IMG/VR virus record: IMGVR_UViG_3300046665_000306
Coordinates: 62,001 to 120,498 of that record
Source of the DNA: an uncultured virus (IMG/VR IMGVR_UViG_3300046665_000306)
Taxonomy: Duplodnaviria > Heunggongvirae > Uroviricota > Caudoviricetes
DNA length: 58,498 nucleotides
Reading direction: 5' to 3' (one strand)
Shown here: in pieces, positions 45,831-55,229 of the stretch
Layout: the number at the start of each line of letters is the position of its first letter
Position numbering within the stretch: the first letter of the stretch is position 1
The notes under the pieces: model-generated
Told to the model about the DNA's origin: nothing
The model's input: only the letters and a program-made list of their open reading frames with translations
The model's database searches: none
Made by a program: the position numbers and the translations under genes

Positions 45831-46075
45831 CACAAGATATCCCCGTATTTGAATATGTCGAGACGTTTAAGATATCAGGGAGAGGGACGCTTTATTGCGG
45901 CCCTTCCCCCTTTGACGATCCGTTGCGCGTCATGACGTGGATCGGAACCAAAGTCATGATTGACGGCGAGGTTCGCACGATTCGCGGCACTGAGACATAC
46001 ATGTCATTCGTAGGCCCTAGGAAGGGAAGTCCGATTGGGCTACTTTTTACTGCTGAAAATAAGGAAGATTTATGA
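45827..46075 (+). CDS. hypothetical protein resembling an EF-Tu domain-II-like beta barrel
   Basis: VETFKISGRGT...I.G.E...GLL; tentative. Confidence 0.4.
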   Translation: MTQDIPVFEYVETFKISGRGTLYCGPSPFDDPLRVMTWIGTKVMIDGEVRTIRGTETYMSFVGPRKGSPIGLLFTAENKEDL

Positions 46076-46312
46076 CTACGACAACTATTGATAAAGTTGA
46101 TATTTTAGACACTCTCAACGCGGCTGAAGATTACGGTTATTTTAAGCCTATCATTCTGCAAACATTGACGGCGTGGTACGGCCCTATCACTGTGGCTGAG
46201 ATTGCAGCCTTTGCCGAAAGCTATCTAGAAGAGGATGGCTATAACGAAAATGATGTAGATTTTACCATAGAAAATATTACTTACATTTTTAAGATGTATG
46301 GGAAAATTATTG

Positions 46313-46750
46313 ATGCGTGATATTATTGTCGATCTAGACGGCACGGTTGCGGACTGTAGCCATCGCCAGCATTACGTGCAATCCAAACCATCAAACTGGA
46401 AAGCCTTCGAAGCAGGTATTCCTCATGATACGCCACACCAGCACGTCATCGATCTGGTCAACGCGCTCTATGCCGCTGGCTGGCGCGTCGTGCTTTGCTC
46501 CGGTCGTGGCGAGCAATCCAGAGACCATAGCGTAACATGGCTTGAGAAGCATGACGTAAATTATCATGCCCTTTATATGAGAGCGCGTAACGATAGCCGC
46601 CGCGATGATATCGTCAAGATGGAGCTTCTTGATCAAATTATTGCAGATGGTTACAACCCTTCGTTTGTATTAGACGATCGAGATCAAGTTGTAGTTGCTT
46701 GGCGAGCCCGAGGTATTCCCTGCTTCCAAGTCGCGCCGGGAGATTTTTAA
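46313..46750 (+). CDS. HAD-family polynucleotide 3'-phosphatase (PNK phosphatase domain)
   Basis: DLDGT, SGR, MR...D.R.D..VK, DDRDQVV..WR..G..CFQV..GDF. Confidence 0.9.
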   Translation: MRDIIVDLDGTVADCSHRQHYVQSKPSNWKAFEAGIPHDTPHQHVIDLVNALYAAGWRVVLCSGRGEQSRDHSVTWLEKHDVNYHALYMRARNDSRRDDIVKMELLDQIIADGYNPSFVLDDRDQVVVAWRARGIPCFQVAPGDF

Positions 46751-46834
46751 AATGAATCCTTTCACTAACAAAGGCTCAGAGAAACTTGCTAAGTTTTTGC
46801 GTGGGCTTTGGAACAAGATTGCAGTTAAAAAATA

Positions 46835-47161
46835 ATGAAAATGTACATCGCCGTACTTGATGAGTTTCCTGACTATATGGTCCCGACGCTTGTCGCTCAT
46901 TCCGTGCTAGGCGCTCATCTCGAATTCCAAACGCAGCCTAGGTATAAGGGCTGGCTCAGCATGTCTTTCAAGAAATGTGTGGTCCGTGTCAATCAGCGCG
47001 AATTCGATAAGATTGCTGCGTTAGAGCATGTCTACCTAGGCCACGAGAACAAGACTCTCGACGGTCGTAAAGCTTGCGCCGTTGTTCTGCCTAATTTGGA
47101 GGAAGACGATCCTAACGTTTTAAAATTTGCAAAATTGTGGAAGCCAAAAGTTAATGATTAA
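46835..47161 (+). CDS. peptidyl-tRNA hydrolase type 2-like protein
   Basis: KMYIAV...AHS.L...W...SFKKCVV pattern. Confidence 0.55.
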   Translation: MKMYIAVLDEFPDYMVPTLVAHSVLGAHLEFQTQPRYKGWLSMSFKKCVVRVNQREFDKIAALEHVYLGHENKTLDGRKACAVVLPNLEEDDPNVLKFAKLWKPKVND

Positions 47162-47267
47162 ATGGCATTACGGCATAATTGTTAAATCAAACAAGCCACT
47201 TAAAGAACAAATCTGTGACGCGGTCAAGCGTTTAGAAGAAAAAGATAATTAATAGAAAGATAAAATT

Positions 47268-47801
47268 TTGGGAAAGCGTTCTGATTTCGAACGACTTCCA
47301 CGTGATTATTATAGAACCATTGATCCTAGGGCTGTTCAAGCCCTTAAGCCTTTTATCGAGGAAAATCAAACCTTTATCGAGCCATGTGCCGGTGATGGGA
47401 TTCTTACTGATCAATTAGTGGAAGTTTTAAAACTTAAATGTGTAGCAGAATATGACATTGAGCCTGATCACAAACGCATTTTGCAAAAAGATGCATTGAC
47501 TTTGACGGAAAGTGATGTTATAGGTGTTGACATAATCGCTTCTAACCCGCCTTGGGATAGGAAGTTACTTCACCCGCTTATCGAAAGGTTCGCTACACTT
47601 CGTCCAACTTGGCTCCTTTTCGATGCAAATTGGGTCTGGACCAAACAATCGTCACGTTTCATCACATCCTATTGTACCGATATCGTTGCAATCGGCAGGC
47701 TAAAGTGGATCGAGAACACCACAATGTCTGGTAAGGATGACAATGCGTGGTTCCGTTTCGATATAAACAAACAAGGATCGACAAAGTTCCATGGCCGTTA
47801 G
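47268..47801 (+). CDS. DNA N6-adenine/N4-cytosine methyltransferase
   Basis: EPCAGDG (motif I), DAL, SNPPW (motif IV). Confidence 0.85.
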   Translation: MGKRSDFERLPRDYYRTIDPRAVQALKPFIEENQTFIEPCAGDGILTDQLVEVLKLKCVAEYDIEPDHKRILQKDALTLTESDVIGVDIIASNPPWDRKLLHPLIERFATLRPTWLLFDANWVWTKQSSRFITSYCTDIVAIGRLKWIENTTMSGKDDNAWFRFDINKQGSTKFHGR

Positions 47802-48147
47802 AGAAATGAGCGAAGAAGAGAAGGTTGAGTGTGAAACCATCACTAAAGAGATGCACGCTCAAGCCAGAAATCTTCTGAAAGACAAAGAGAAAACTGTTTG
47901 GCTATTTAAACCAAAGCCGCCTGAACCGGTGGGCTACATAACTACCCCGATGGGCGAATACCAAACATCAGCCTCAATCGCGAAAGAGGTGCAAGAATTC
48001 TTTGATTCAACCCGCAGAGAAAATACGGGAGCAATCGGTGGTCAATACAGTTACACCTTTACTGACACACAGCTAGGCCTGATTCTAGAAATCAAAGACG
48101 GTTTTACCAATAAAACCATCAACGCAACGGACTTTAGTGAATTTTAA
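47791..48147 (+). CDS. hypothetical protein
   Basis: GAIGGQYSYTF..T.LG motif. Confidence 0.6.
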   Translation: MAVREMSEEEKVECETITKEMHAQARNLLKDKEKTVWLFKPKPPEPVGYITTPMGEYQTSASIAKEVQEFFDSTRRENTGAIGGQYSYTFTDTQLGLILEIKDGFTNKTINATDFSEF

Positions 48148-48167
48148 AGCAGAAAGGGAAATACGAA

Positions 48168-48506
48168 ATGAAGCCTGACATTTATTACGAAAACAAGTGC
48201 GCCCACATCATCAACTGCTCCGCAATTATCAACCTTCAGATTCCACGTGCCGCTCGTGACGGCGGAAACGCGATCAGAAATCTCCGACAGCATGTCATTG
48301 ACTTCATTGCCCTTACTCCTGATGTTTCTGATGGCCGTACCGATATGACTTGGGTCGCGTGTTGGAAAACAACCTATGCCCGCGTCAGTGATGCTATTCG
48401 TGATATCAAGGATATTGGCGATTATCGTCTGGATCAGAAGCGTAAGGAACTTGTTGCTGTGGCTAACTCTCTCCTCGCCGCACGCCGTGCCGTGTTCTGG
48501 TCCTAA
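48168..48506 (+). CDS. hypothetical protein
   Basis: SD-like upstream; co-directional. Confidence 0.55.
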   Translation: MKPDIYYENKCAHIINCSAIINLQIPRAARDGGNAIRNLRQHVIDFIALTPDVSDGRTDMTWVACWKTTYARVSDAIRDIKDIGDYRLDQKRKELVAVANSLLAARRAVFWS

Positions 48507-48524
48507 ACGAAAAGTTTTTATTTT

Positions 48525-48923
48525 ATGAAGCCATTTATTCACGCCAGATCGAGTGCCGCCAAGTTCGGCGGCACCCCTTCAGATTACATTAAAATTCACG
48601 AATATTTCGATAGCACGAAGTCCAGTCATGCCGATGTTCGCCACAGGGCAATTCTCCATACCGCGTTTGGTATTTATCTCGTGGCAGATGTTTTTGGTCA
48701 TCACATCACCAACAGCGACGGCAAAACCGTTTCAGTGCGCGATATTGGCGAGCAGCACGTCATGGAAGATTTGGGCCGCATCCCATCCATGTCTGATTAT
48801 TTAAATCATATGACGATTGAGGATTGGATGTTGGGTCCGCATAATAAAGCAAAAAGAAATATTACTAAATTTTCGATGGCTGGTACGGACGAAGGTGATT
48901 CCCACGTATTCTGCCGAGTATGA
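48525..48923 (+). CDS. His-rich DUF6915-like putative metal-binding protein
   Basis: HA.SSA.KFGG, IH..FD.TK, RHRA.LH, EQHV.EDLG.IP. Confidence 0.7.
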   Translation: MKPFIHARSSAAKFGGTPSDYIKIHEYFDSTKSSHADVRHRAILHTAFGIYLVADVFGHHITNSDGKTVSVRDIGEQHVMEDLGRIPSMSDYLNHMTIEDWMLGPHNKAKRNITKFSMAGTDEGDSHVFCRV

Positions 48924-48947
48924 TTATCACTTAGAAAGTTTAATTTA

Positions 48948-50129
48948 ATGAATTACGAATTCCCTCGGATCGTTCACATTCAGCAGGCGCTTGATGCAAT
49001 CAAAGGAGATGAAGACCTTTTCTACGTCGTGGAGAAGGATGGTTATACCGTCATCAATTATAAGCTGCCATGCAACAAGACCTTTCCGCCTGTGACAAAT
49101 CGTAACACTGCGATTCGTAGGGAACTTCGTGGCATTAAATTTGATTCCGCTACAGGCGAGACAATTTCTCGCCCGTACCACAAATTCTTCAACGCGGGAG
49201 AGCGTGAAGAAACTCTTCTTCCCTCTATCGATATTTCAAAAATCTACAATCGTTTGGAAAAGCTTGATGGGTCTATGGTTCATCCGTTGAGGATCAGAGG
49301 TGCCCAACGTTGGGCCACCAAAATGGGGATTACTGATACCTCAATGCAAACCGAGAATTGGTTAGTCGCTAATCATTATCAGGAAATTATTGAATTTTGC
49401 AACGAAGCTATGGACGACGGTTTTACTCCTATTTTTGAATGGTGTAGTCGTTTGAATAGAATTGTCGTGGACTATCCAGTAGATAGACTTGTGCTTACCG
49501 CTGTTCGCCACACCTTGGACGGTTGGTACATGACCTATGACGAAATGGTTGTCTATGATGCGGTAAAAGAATATGGAATAGAAGTTGTGAGCAAAAACGA
49601 AGCTCCTCTTCATTCCATGGAAGAATATGTTAATTTCATCTACGAACTGAAGTCCGATGAAATGACTGAAGGTGAAGTCCTTCGGTTCAGCGACGGCCAC
49701 ATGGTCAAGGTAAAAACGCAAGACTACATCAATCTCCATAGGACCAAGGATAAGATTCAGCGTGAAAGACATTTCGTTGCTATACTGCTCGCTGGTCAAT
49801 TAGACGACCTAAAGCCATTCATGCTAGCCGAAGATTTGACTAAGGCCGAGGCTTACGAGATTCAGTTAAACCAGAACATCACAGAACTTTGCCGAACCTT
49901 GTTTCATGAAGTTAATGCCATTCTGAAAGTGAAGCTCCCGCGTAAGGACTTCGCCATTAATTCAAAAGCGCCTCCTTTGATCAAGTCAATCATTTTCCAT
50001 CTGTGGGACAGAGATTTTCCATTGGATGAGATGGAAGATGAAATCATGAATCGGCTCCGAGAGGCGTGTGAATCTGAGCAGAAATTTGAACGAGTCAAAC
50101 CCTTAATCTTGAAAGGATGTGAGTGGTGA
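48948..50129 (+). CDS. RNA ligase 1 (T4 Rnl1 family)
   Basis: RELRGI.F, SRPYHKFFN.GE, EKLDGS, FEW, EGEV, VKVKT..Y. Confidence 0.92.
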   Translation: MNYEFPRIVHIQQALDAIKGDEDLFYVVEKDGYTVINYKLPCNKTFPPVTNRNTAIRRELRGIKFDSATGETISRPYHKFFNAGEREETLLPSIDISKIYNRLEKLDGSMVHPLRIRGAQRWATKMGITDTSMQTENWLVANHYQEIIEFCNEAMDDGFTPIFEWCSRLNRIVVDYPVDRLVLTAVRHTLDGWYMTYDEMVVYDAVKEYGIEVVSKNEAPLHSMEEYVNFIYELKSDEMTEGEVLRFSDGHMVKVKTQDYINLHRTKDKIQRERHFVAILLAGQLDDLKPFMLAEDLTKAEAYEIQLNQNITELCRTLFHEVNAILKVKLPRKDFAINSKAPPLIKSIIFHLWDRDFPLDEMEDEIMNRLREACESEQKFERVKPLILKGCEW

Positions 50130-50347
50130 AAAAGTTTATAATCATTGGGGTGATGGCGTTAGGTCTAACGTCTTGTGGAATAGATGAAGGTGATTTTGTT
50201 TATGTCAGAGGTGACACTGAGACGCTTTTTGGCTATGTCATTACAAAAAACTTTAACGTGACTTTTGTTAAGCTTTGTGACGGCAGGGTTGTTAGTGCCT
50301 CCGAAGGCTATATGGCTGAAGCCCCTGACGGGGAAGTATGCCAATGA
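50123..50347 (+). CDS. lipoprotein
   Basis: Signal peptide with lipobox LTSC. Confidence 0.75.
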   Translation: MVKKFIIIGVMALGLTSCGIDEGDFVYVRGDTETLFGYVITKNFNVTFVKLCDGRVVSASEGYMAEAPDGEVCQ

Positions 50348-50571
50348 GAAAGCTTTTAATCCTTGGCCTAATTGCTTTAGGTCTCACGTCTTGCGGACCT
50401 GAAGTTGGACAGAATGTTTATGTCGGCGCTAAGGGTGGGCCAACCCTTTTAGGCGCTGTCGTGGCTGGCGGTTACGCCAGAGACTATTCTGTTGTGCGCC
50501 TTTGCGATGGCCAAACCTTCTCCGTGAAGACTGACAATCTCATAGTCACTGAAGAAATGTGCCCCCAATGA
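50344..50571 (+). CDS. lipoprotein, paralog of 50123-50347
   Basis: ALGLTSCG...VYV...T L.G.V...V.LCDG...C shared with the neighbour. Confidence 0.75.
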   Translation: MRKLLILGLIALGLTSCGPEVGQNVYVGAKGGPTLLGAVVAGGYARDYSVVRLCDGQTFSVKTDNLIVTEEMCPQ

Positions 50572-51191
50572 GTGAGTGCGCCAATTGTGACACGTGCCCC
50601 TTCACTACGCCGGTCGATACACTTCATTACGAGATTCACATCACTGTGGATCACCGTGATACTTTTGTGGACGATTGTTACGCCATCGGTGTACGGCCTG
50701 TCATTATTGATATGGGACATGGCGTCCCGACCCACTCAATGACTACGTCCACGCTTAAAGATTCAAACGACACCATGGCGTTTGTCACGGCACATTCCAT
50801 AGCAAAAGCTTTAGAAGATATTGGTTACGACGTAGAACGTATCAAAATCGAAACGGTTCCATGGCATCCCAAAGCCTCATGCCCGGAGTCGGAACAATAT
50901 TTCGAAACGCATTTCGCTATCGACAATCCTAGTACGATGGACAATGTTTTAATATTAGGGCTGGCAAGTTTTCTCCACCGCTCCCGAAATGTCCTAAAGA
51001 AGAATGATAAAAACGTTCAGATGTACACTTACAGGAGTAGGGACAAGGCTGAACACTTCCGAACCGTGACAGAGGTAACAGATACTTTGAAATGGTCCGA
51101 AGTGCCTCTGAATAAAGTGATTACAGAATTTGCATTATATGACACAAACGAAAGAATGGATGATCCATGGCTAAAATCCTTATTGCGCTGA
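50568..51191 (+). CDS. hypothetical protein (YEIHITV / RIKIE / YFETH)
   Basis: 207-aa ORF with conserved-looking His motifs. Confidence 0.65.
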   Translation: MSECANCDTCPFTTPVDTLHYEIHITVDHRDTFVDDCYAIGVRPVIIDMGHGVPTHSMTTSTLKDSNDTMAFVTAHSIAKALEDIGYDVERIKIETVPWHPKASCPESEQYFETHFAIDNPSTMDNVLILGLASFLHRSRNVLKKNDKNVQMYTYRSRDKAEHFRTVTEVTDTLKWSEVPLNKVITEFALYDTNERMDDPWLKSLLR

Positions 51192-51634
51192 GCTATCCGC
51201 TCTATGCCGTTTACTTCCCCTTCAATCTCTTACTCGTACTGCTCTCCTATATCCTGTCGCCAGTTCTTGCCGCGCTATCTTTTATTTTCGGCCCTAAGCT
51301 TCCCGGTATGCTTCAGTGGTTCGGAACAATTGATGACGATCTAGATGGAGGAATTCACCAACACGTAGGCGGTTATGATCCTGATGCAAAGGGTTTCTCG
51401 TTGTGGTGGCAAAGAACTTGTTGGGTATGTCGTAATCCGGCCCACGGTTGGCAGTCCGTCGTTCTTGGATTTAAAGGTACTAATAAAGGCTTCACTTTTA
51501 AACGCGATATCAATGTCACTTCAAAATACTACCTAAAGCTTTGGCTCGGTTGGAGCGATAGATCGTATGACGGAACTTATTTCCACTACCTGTTCCAGTC
51601 CGGAATTAAAACAAGAAAAGATTACAATGACTGA
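51167..51634 (+). CDS. membrane protein (W..T.D..LDG...W..RNPA.G family)
   Basis: N-terminal hydrophobic region plus motif. Confidence 0.65.
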   Translation: MAKILIALSYPLYAVYFPFNLLLVLLSYILSPVLAALSFIFGPKLPGMLQWFGTIDDDLDGGIHQHVGGYDPDAKGFSLWWQRTCWVCRNPAHGWQSVVLGFKGTNKGFTFKRDINVTSKYYLKLWLGWSDRSYDGTYFHYLFQSGIKTRKDYND

Positions 51635-52103
51635 ATATCTGTACAATCCTGACATGCCCCTCGTGACGCAGTTTGATTTCCTGAGAGAAAACATTAGACC
51701 AGAGGCTTATACCGATACCGCAATCGCAGCCGCGATGGAACGTCTCTATGACGCCATTGTTCCAGTGATGCAGGGCTATCGAGACTTGTTGGGCCCAGAT
51801 GATCCCCTTGCGGTCTATCTCAATTATTTCACCCGCACCGCTATTGATATTTTGGAGGATGAAAATGATGAACCCGAACTTTATGCAACAGTACCACTTG
51901 GAAGCATCATTGAAGGGAAATTCACTAAAATCCCTGCTCTGTCTACTGTTCGCATCACTGCTGCCTCCCCTCTTGGTGATGTTGGCATCACTCGTAATCT
52001 ATCAGCATCTCGTGGCTTTGAAACTCGCGTCTTTTGGGACAGCTTGACAGATTACCGCGTCACGGCAGAGAAGGAAGTCGAAAATGGAAACACCTCCGCC
52101 TAG
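51627..52103 (+). CDS. hypothetical protein
   Basis: Tiled ORF. Confidence 0.6.
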   Translation: MTEYLYNPDMPLVTQFDFLRENIRPEAYTDTAIAAAMERLYDAIVPVMQGYRDLLGPDDPLAVYLNYFTRTAIDILEDENDEPELYATVPLGSIIEGKFTKIPALSTVRITAASPLGDVGITRNLSASRGFETRVFWDSLTDYRVTAEKEVENGNTSA

Positions 52104-52464
52104 AACAATTACGCGAGAAAACGCGACAGTATTTCTTATCGAAGATGGTGGATTAACGCTGCCAATCGATGACGGGCTGGATGTGCCGGGATGGGAATAT
52201 GTAGTGCTCAGAACTGTTGATGGTATGACAGTTAGAATGCCAACCAAGCGTGAGGGATATTGATTATGACAAATGAAGAACGCCGCGCAGCTTATTCTCA
52301 GTTCCGCTTGGATTATAATGATTATCTTAATTCGGAAGTCCCTGTGGATGAGAAGGAAGATTTGTTCGAACCTCCCGTTGGTGTCAACATTATTTGGGCC
52401 AGTGGATCAAGTGATTTTCTCGGACAAGATGATCGAAGGTACTTTACTTTTCTAGGAGATTGAT

Positions 52465-52980
52465 TTGCCTAAAAATTTTATTATTGTGCTTGTCGGACCG
52501 CCCTGTACCGGCAAGTCCACGTTCCGCCAAAGACTGAAGCAAGACTTTGAATTCATGCCGATTTCTTCAGACGATTATATCGAGGAAGCGGCACGTCGCC
52601 ACAACACGACGTATAGCAAAATCTTTGAACACGCTGTGAGTAATGCTACGAAACAGGCCGAGCTTGATGCTAAATTAGCTTTGGATAGCAGTCTTGACGT
52701 GGTTTGGGATCAGACTAACTTAACCGAGAAGAAGCGGAAGAAAATCCTTGACAAATTCGATAATTATGTTAAGATATGCGTATATTTCGAGATTGAAGAC
52801 TCTTTCGAATGGATGAAGCGATTGTATCATAGGGCCGGAGCTGAAGGTAAGTACATTCCTTACCATATCATTGATGGTATGAACCGCACCTATCAGCATC
52901 CGGTTTATTCCGAAGGTTTTGATTACGTCACGGATCGACATGGCTTCAGTAATAATATTGTGAAGGAGTTAATTAAGTAA
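52465..52980 (+). CDS. P-loop polynucleotide kinase-like (AAA_33) protein
   Basis: VGPPCTGKST, ISSDD, VWDQTNL...R, EGFD. Confidence 0.85.
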   Translation: MPKNFIIVLVGPPCTGKSTFRQRLKQDFEFMPISSDDYIEEAARRHNTTYSKIFEHAVSNATKQAELDAKLALDSSLDVVWDQTNLTEKKRKKILDKFDNYVKICVYFEIEDSFEWMKRLYHRAGAEGKYIPYHIIDGMNRTYQHPVYSEGFDYVTDRHGFSNNIVKELIK

Positions 52981-53528
52981 TGTCTAATGTTTACTTCACC
53001 AGTGATACCCATTTTGGTCACGCCCGAATCATCACTATCGGCGCGGGTCGCCCCTTCAAAACCATTCAGGAGCATGACGCTGAACTTATCAAGCGTTGGA
53101 ACGCCAAGGTAGGACCGGATGACGTTGTTTTCCACCTCGGAGATTTCAACTACAAATCTTCCGTCGATGCTGATTACTATCTGAAGCAACTCAATGGCAA
53201 AATATTCTTCCTCATCATTGGGAATCACGACGGGCAAAAGACTATCACAGCCGAAGGTTGGGGAGTTACACCGCTTCCGTACCAAGAGCTTGAACTGAAT
53301 GGCACGCTTATCACGCTCTGCCATTATCCAATCGAAGAATGGAACGGTTATTTCAAAGGTTCGTGGATGCTACACGGCCATGTCCACGGCATGACGAAGA
53401 CTGTTCCAATCAGGAAGAATAGAGTAGATGTAGGCGTTGATAATTTCAACTTCGCCCCGGCTACTTTCGAAGAAATTCAGGAGTTTAACAGAAAGGCTTT
53501 AGATGCCAAAATACCTGCGACAAGTTAA
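52980..53528 (+). CDS. calcineurin-like metallophosphoesterase
   Basis: FTSDTHFGH, LGDF, GNHD, CHYP, LHGHVH, DVGVD. Confidence 0.92.
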   Translation: MSNVYFTSDTHFGHARIITIGAGRPFKTIQEHDAELIKRWNAKVGPDDVVFHLGDFNYKSSVDADYYLKQLNGKIFFLIIGNHDGQKTITAEGWGVTPLPYQELELNGTLITLCHYPIEEWNGYFKGSWMLHGHVHGMTKTVPIRKNRVDVGVDNFNFAPATFEEIQEFNRKALDAKIPATS

Positions 53529-53754
53529 TCAAGGGGTAGAAGCTTTTAAAATTAGAAATGATGGACCTACGCCTGTCCCTGATTGGTTTCCTTCCAATTA
53601 TGAAATAGTCAGAGTTGGCATTGTGTTCGAATCTTCAAAAGGAGATTATAGTCTAGCCCCTTGGGGAAGTTACATAGTGAAATATGAAGGTGAAGATTTA
53701 TTAGGAGTAATGAGTGCTCTCACGTTTGAGAACCACTTCACTCTAGTTCCATAA
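53503..53754 (+). CDS. hypothetical protein
   Basis: Tiled ORF. Confidence 0.55.
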   Translation: MPKYLRQVNQGVEAFKIRNDGPTPVPDWFPSNYEIVRVGIVFESSKGDYSLAPWGSYIVKYEGEDLLGVMSALTFENHFTLVP

Positions 53755-53791
53755 TTAAATAATAAAAACAAAATAGAATAGGAATGGGCAT

Positions 53792-54292
53792 TTGACCACA
53801 ATCGCATTTCGTGACGGCGTACTAGCATCAGATTCAAAAGTATCTTCAGGTTCTGATGTTTTCGTTGGAGAATTCCAGAAGATTTTTAAATTGATTGTCG
53901 AAGAAGAATTATCTTGGATCGATAGATTAGTTTTTAGGAAAGAGCCGGAACAGGTTGAATATCTGATTGGCGCAGCTGGCACCTTGGAGGATATTCAGGA
54001 GTATATTGGTAATATGTTTATGGGAGGAGAAAGAACCAAAGCAAGTTATGATTGCTCTCTCCTCGCAGTTTGTCAAGATGATGAAGGCGGTTACATCATT
54101 ACTAAATATGACGGCGGGCAAAAAGGTTTTCAACTCTCAGCAAAATACGCTTCTATCGGCTCTGGATACGAAATTGCGCTAGGCGCGATGTATCATGGCG
54201 CGTCGGCGGAAGAAGCTGTCAAAGCGGCAATGTATCACGACAATACAAGCGGCGGCGAGTTGCAAAGAGTGAGCTTCGCTGACGATGAGTGA
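53792..54292 (+). CDS. Ntn-hydrolase (HslV/proteasome beta-like) peptidase
   Basis: N-terminal TTIA...LASDS, KIF, SIGSG...ALGAM, A..AV..A...D..SGG. Confidence 0.8.
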   Translation: MTTIAFRDGVLASDSKVSSGSDVFVGEFQKIFKLIVEEELSWIDRLVFRKEPEQVEYLIGAAGTLEDIQEYIGNMFMGGERTKASYDCSLLAVCQDDEGGYIITKYDGGQKGFQLSAKYASIGSGYEIALGAMYHGASAEEAVKAAMYHDNTSGGELQRVSFADDE

Positions 54293-54460
54293 AGAATTTA
54301 AAAAGGACTTTGGCGAGCTAAATAAATATTTTGAAATGCTGCGCCAAGGCAACGCAATTGCGTCTCGTCTCAATGCTCAAATCATTTCCGAACACAGCGC
54401 AAAAACTTTATTTGTCAAAATGATTGAGAATTTGACCAAGGAAGTTTTGAAAGATAAAAA

Positions 54461-54817
54461 ATGAATATAATGATTGACTATGACCTAACCTATACCGCTG
54501 CGATTGAGATGTGGCGCATGGTAGTGCCCATGTTTCTGGATCACGGTCATAAGGTTTTCCTAGTCACGTCGAGAGGGATGGACACGCCGGTTGAACTGGT
54601 TAACGATTTCCTTCCTCTAAATATTCCCATAATTTACTGCAACTACAGGGCTAAGAAGAAGGTCTGCGAAGGGCGCGGTATCAAAATTGATATCTGGATC
54701 GATGACGATCCTTATTACATCGTACATGGATTTATTGAAGAAGATGATCAAGATATTCAAAACGGACCCGGAGACAGTCACACCGTTCGGCATCTGGTTG
54801 GCAACGGGCCTAAATAA
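54461..54817 (+). CDS. HAD-superfamily hydrolase
   Basis: IDYDLT, VTSR, K, WIDDDP. Confidence 0.75.
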   Translation: MNIMIDYDLTYTAAIEMWRMVVPMFLDHGHKVFLVTSRGMDTPVELVNDFLPLNIPIIYCNYRAKKKVCEGRGIKIDIWIDDDPYYIVHGFIEEDDQDIQNGPGDSHTVRHLVGNGPK

Positions 54818-55229
54818 AGCAATCAATATTATTTGGCCTTTTGTGCCACGGCACAGATACGAATACCTAGAAGAAAAGTACACTATTAAAAGTTTCGAAC
54901 TTTACGAGACCACCAGAAATTTAGCCGAGTTAGAAGAGTTTCAATTTAATAAGGGTCCGCGTTACGTCCCGTTCCCGGACTACAAATATTCGTTTAGGCA
55001 GCAAGAAATTGCCGACCAACGCCCCATCACTCGCATTAGTTTGAGTGCTGAGCCGCTTCGAAGTTATTATCAGATCGATACCTATCAATTAAGTTTCGAA
55101 GATAGTTCCGAATATATTAAAAATTTATTAGTACGACAATCCGGTGAACTTTTCAGAAAGAAGGGTGAGGCTGATATGCGTAAAGTTATTGAAAGTTTAT
55201 CCCAAAATGACGACAGGAAAATTTATTAA
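54687..55229 (+). CDS. hypothetical protein
   Basis: ORF; start probably downstream. Confidence 0.5.
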   Translation: MISGSMTILITSYMDLLKKMIKIFKTDPETVTPFGIWLATGLNKAINIIWPFVPRHRYEYLEEKYTIKSFELYETTRNLAELEEFQFNKGPRYVPFPDYKYSFRQQEIADQRPITRISLSAEPLRSYYQIDTYQLSFEDSSEYIKNLLVRQSGELFRKKGEADMRKVIESLSQNDDRKIY

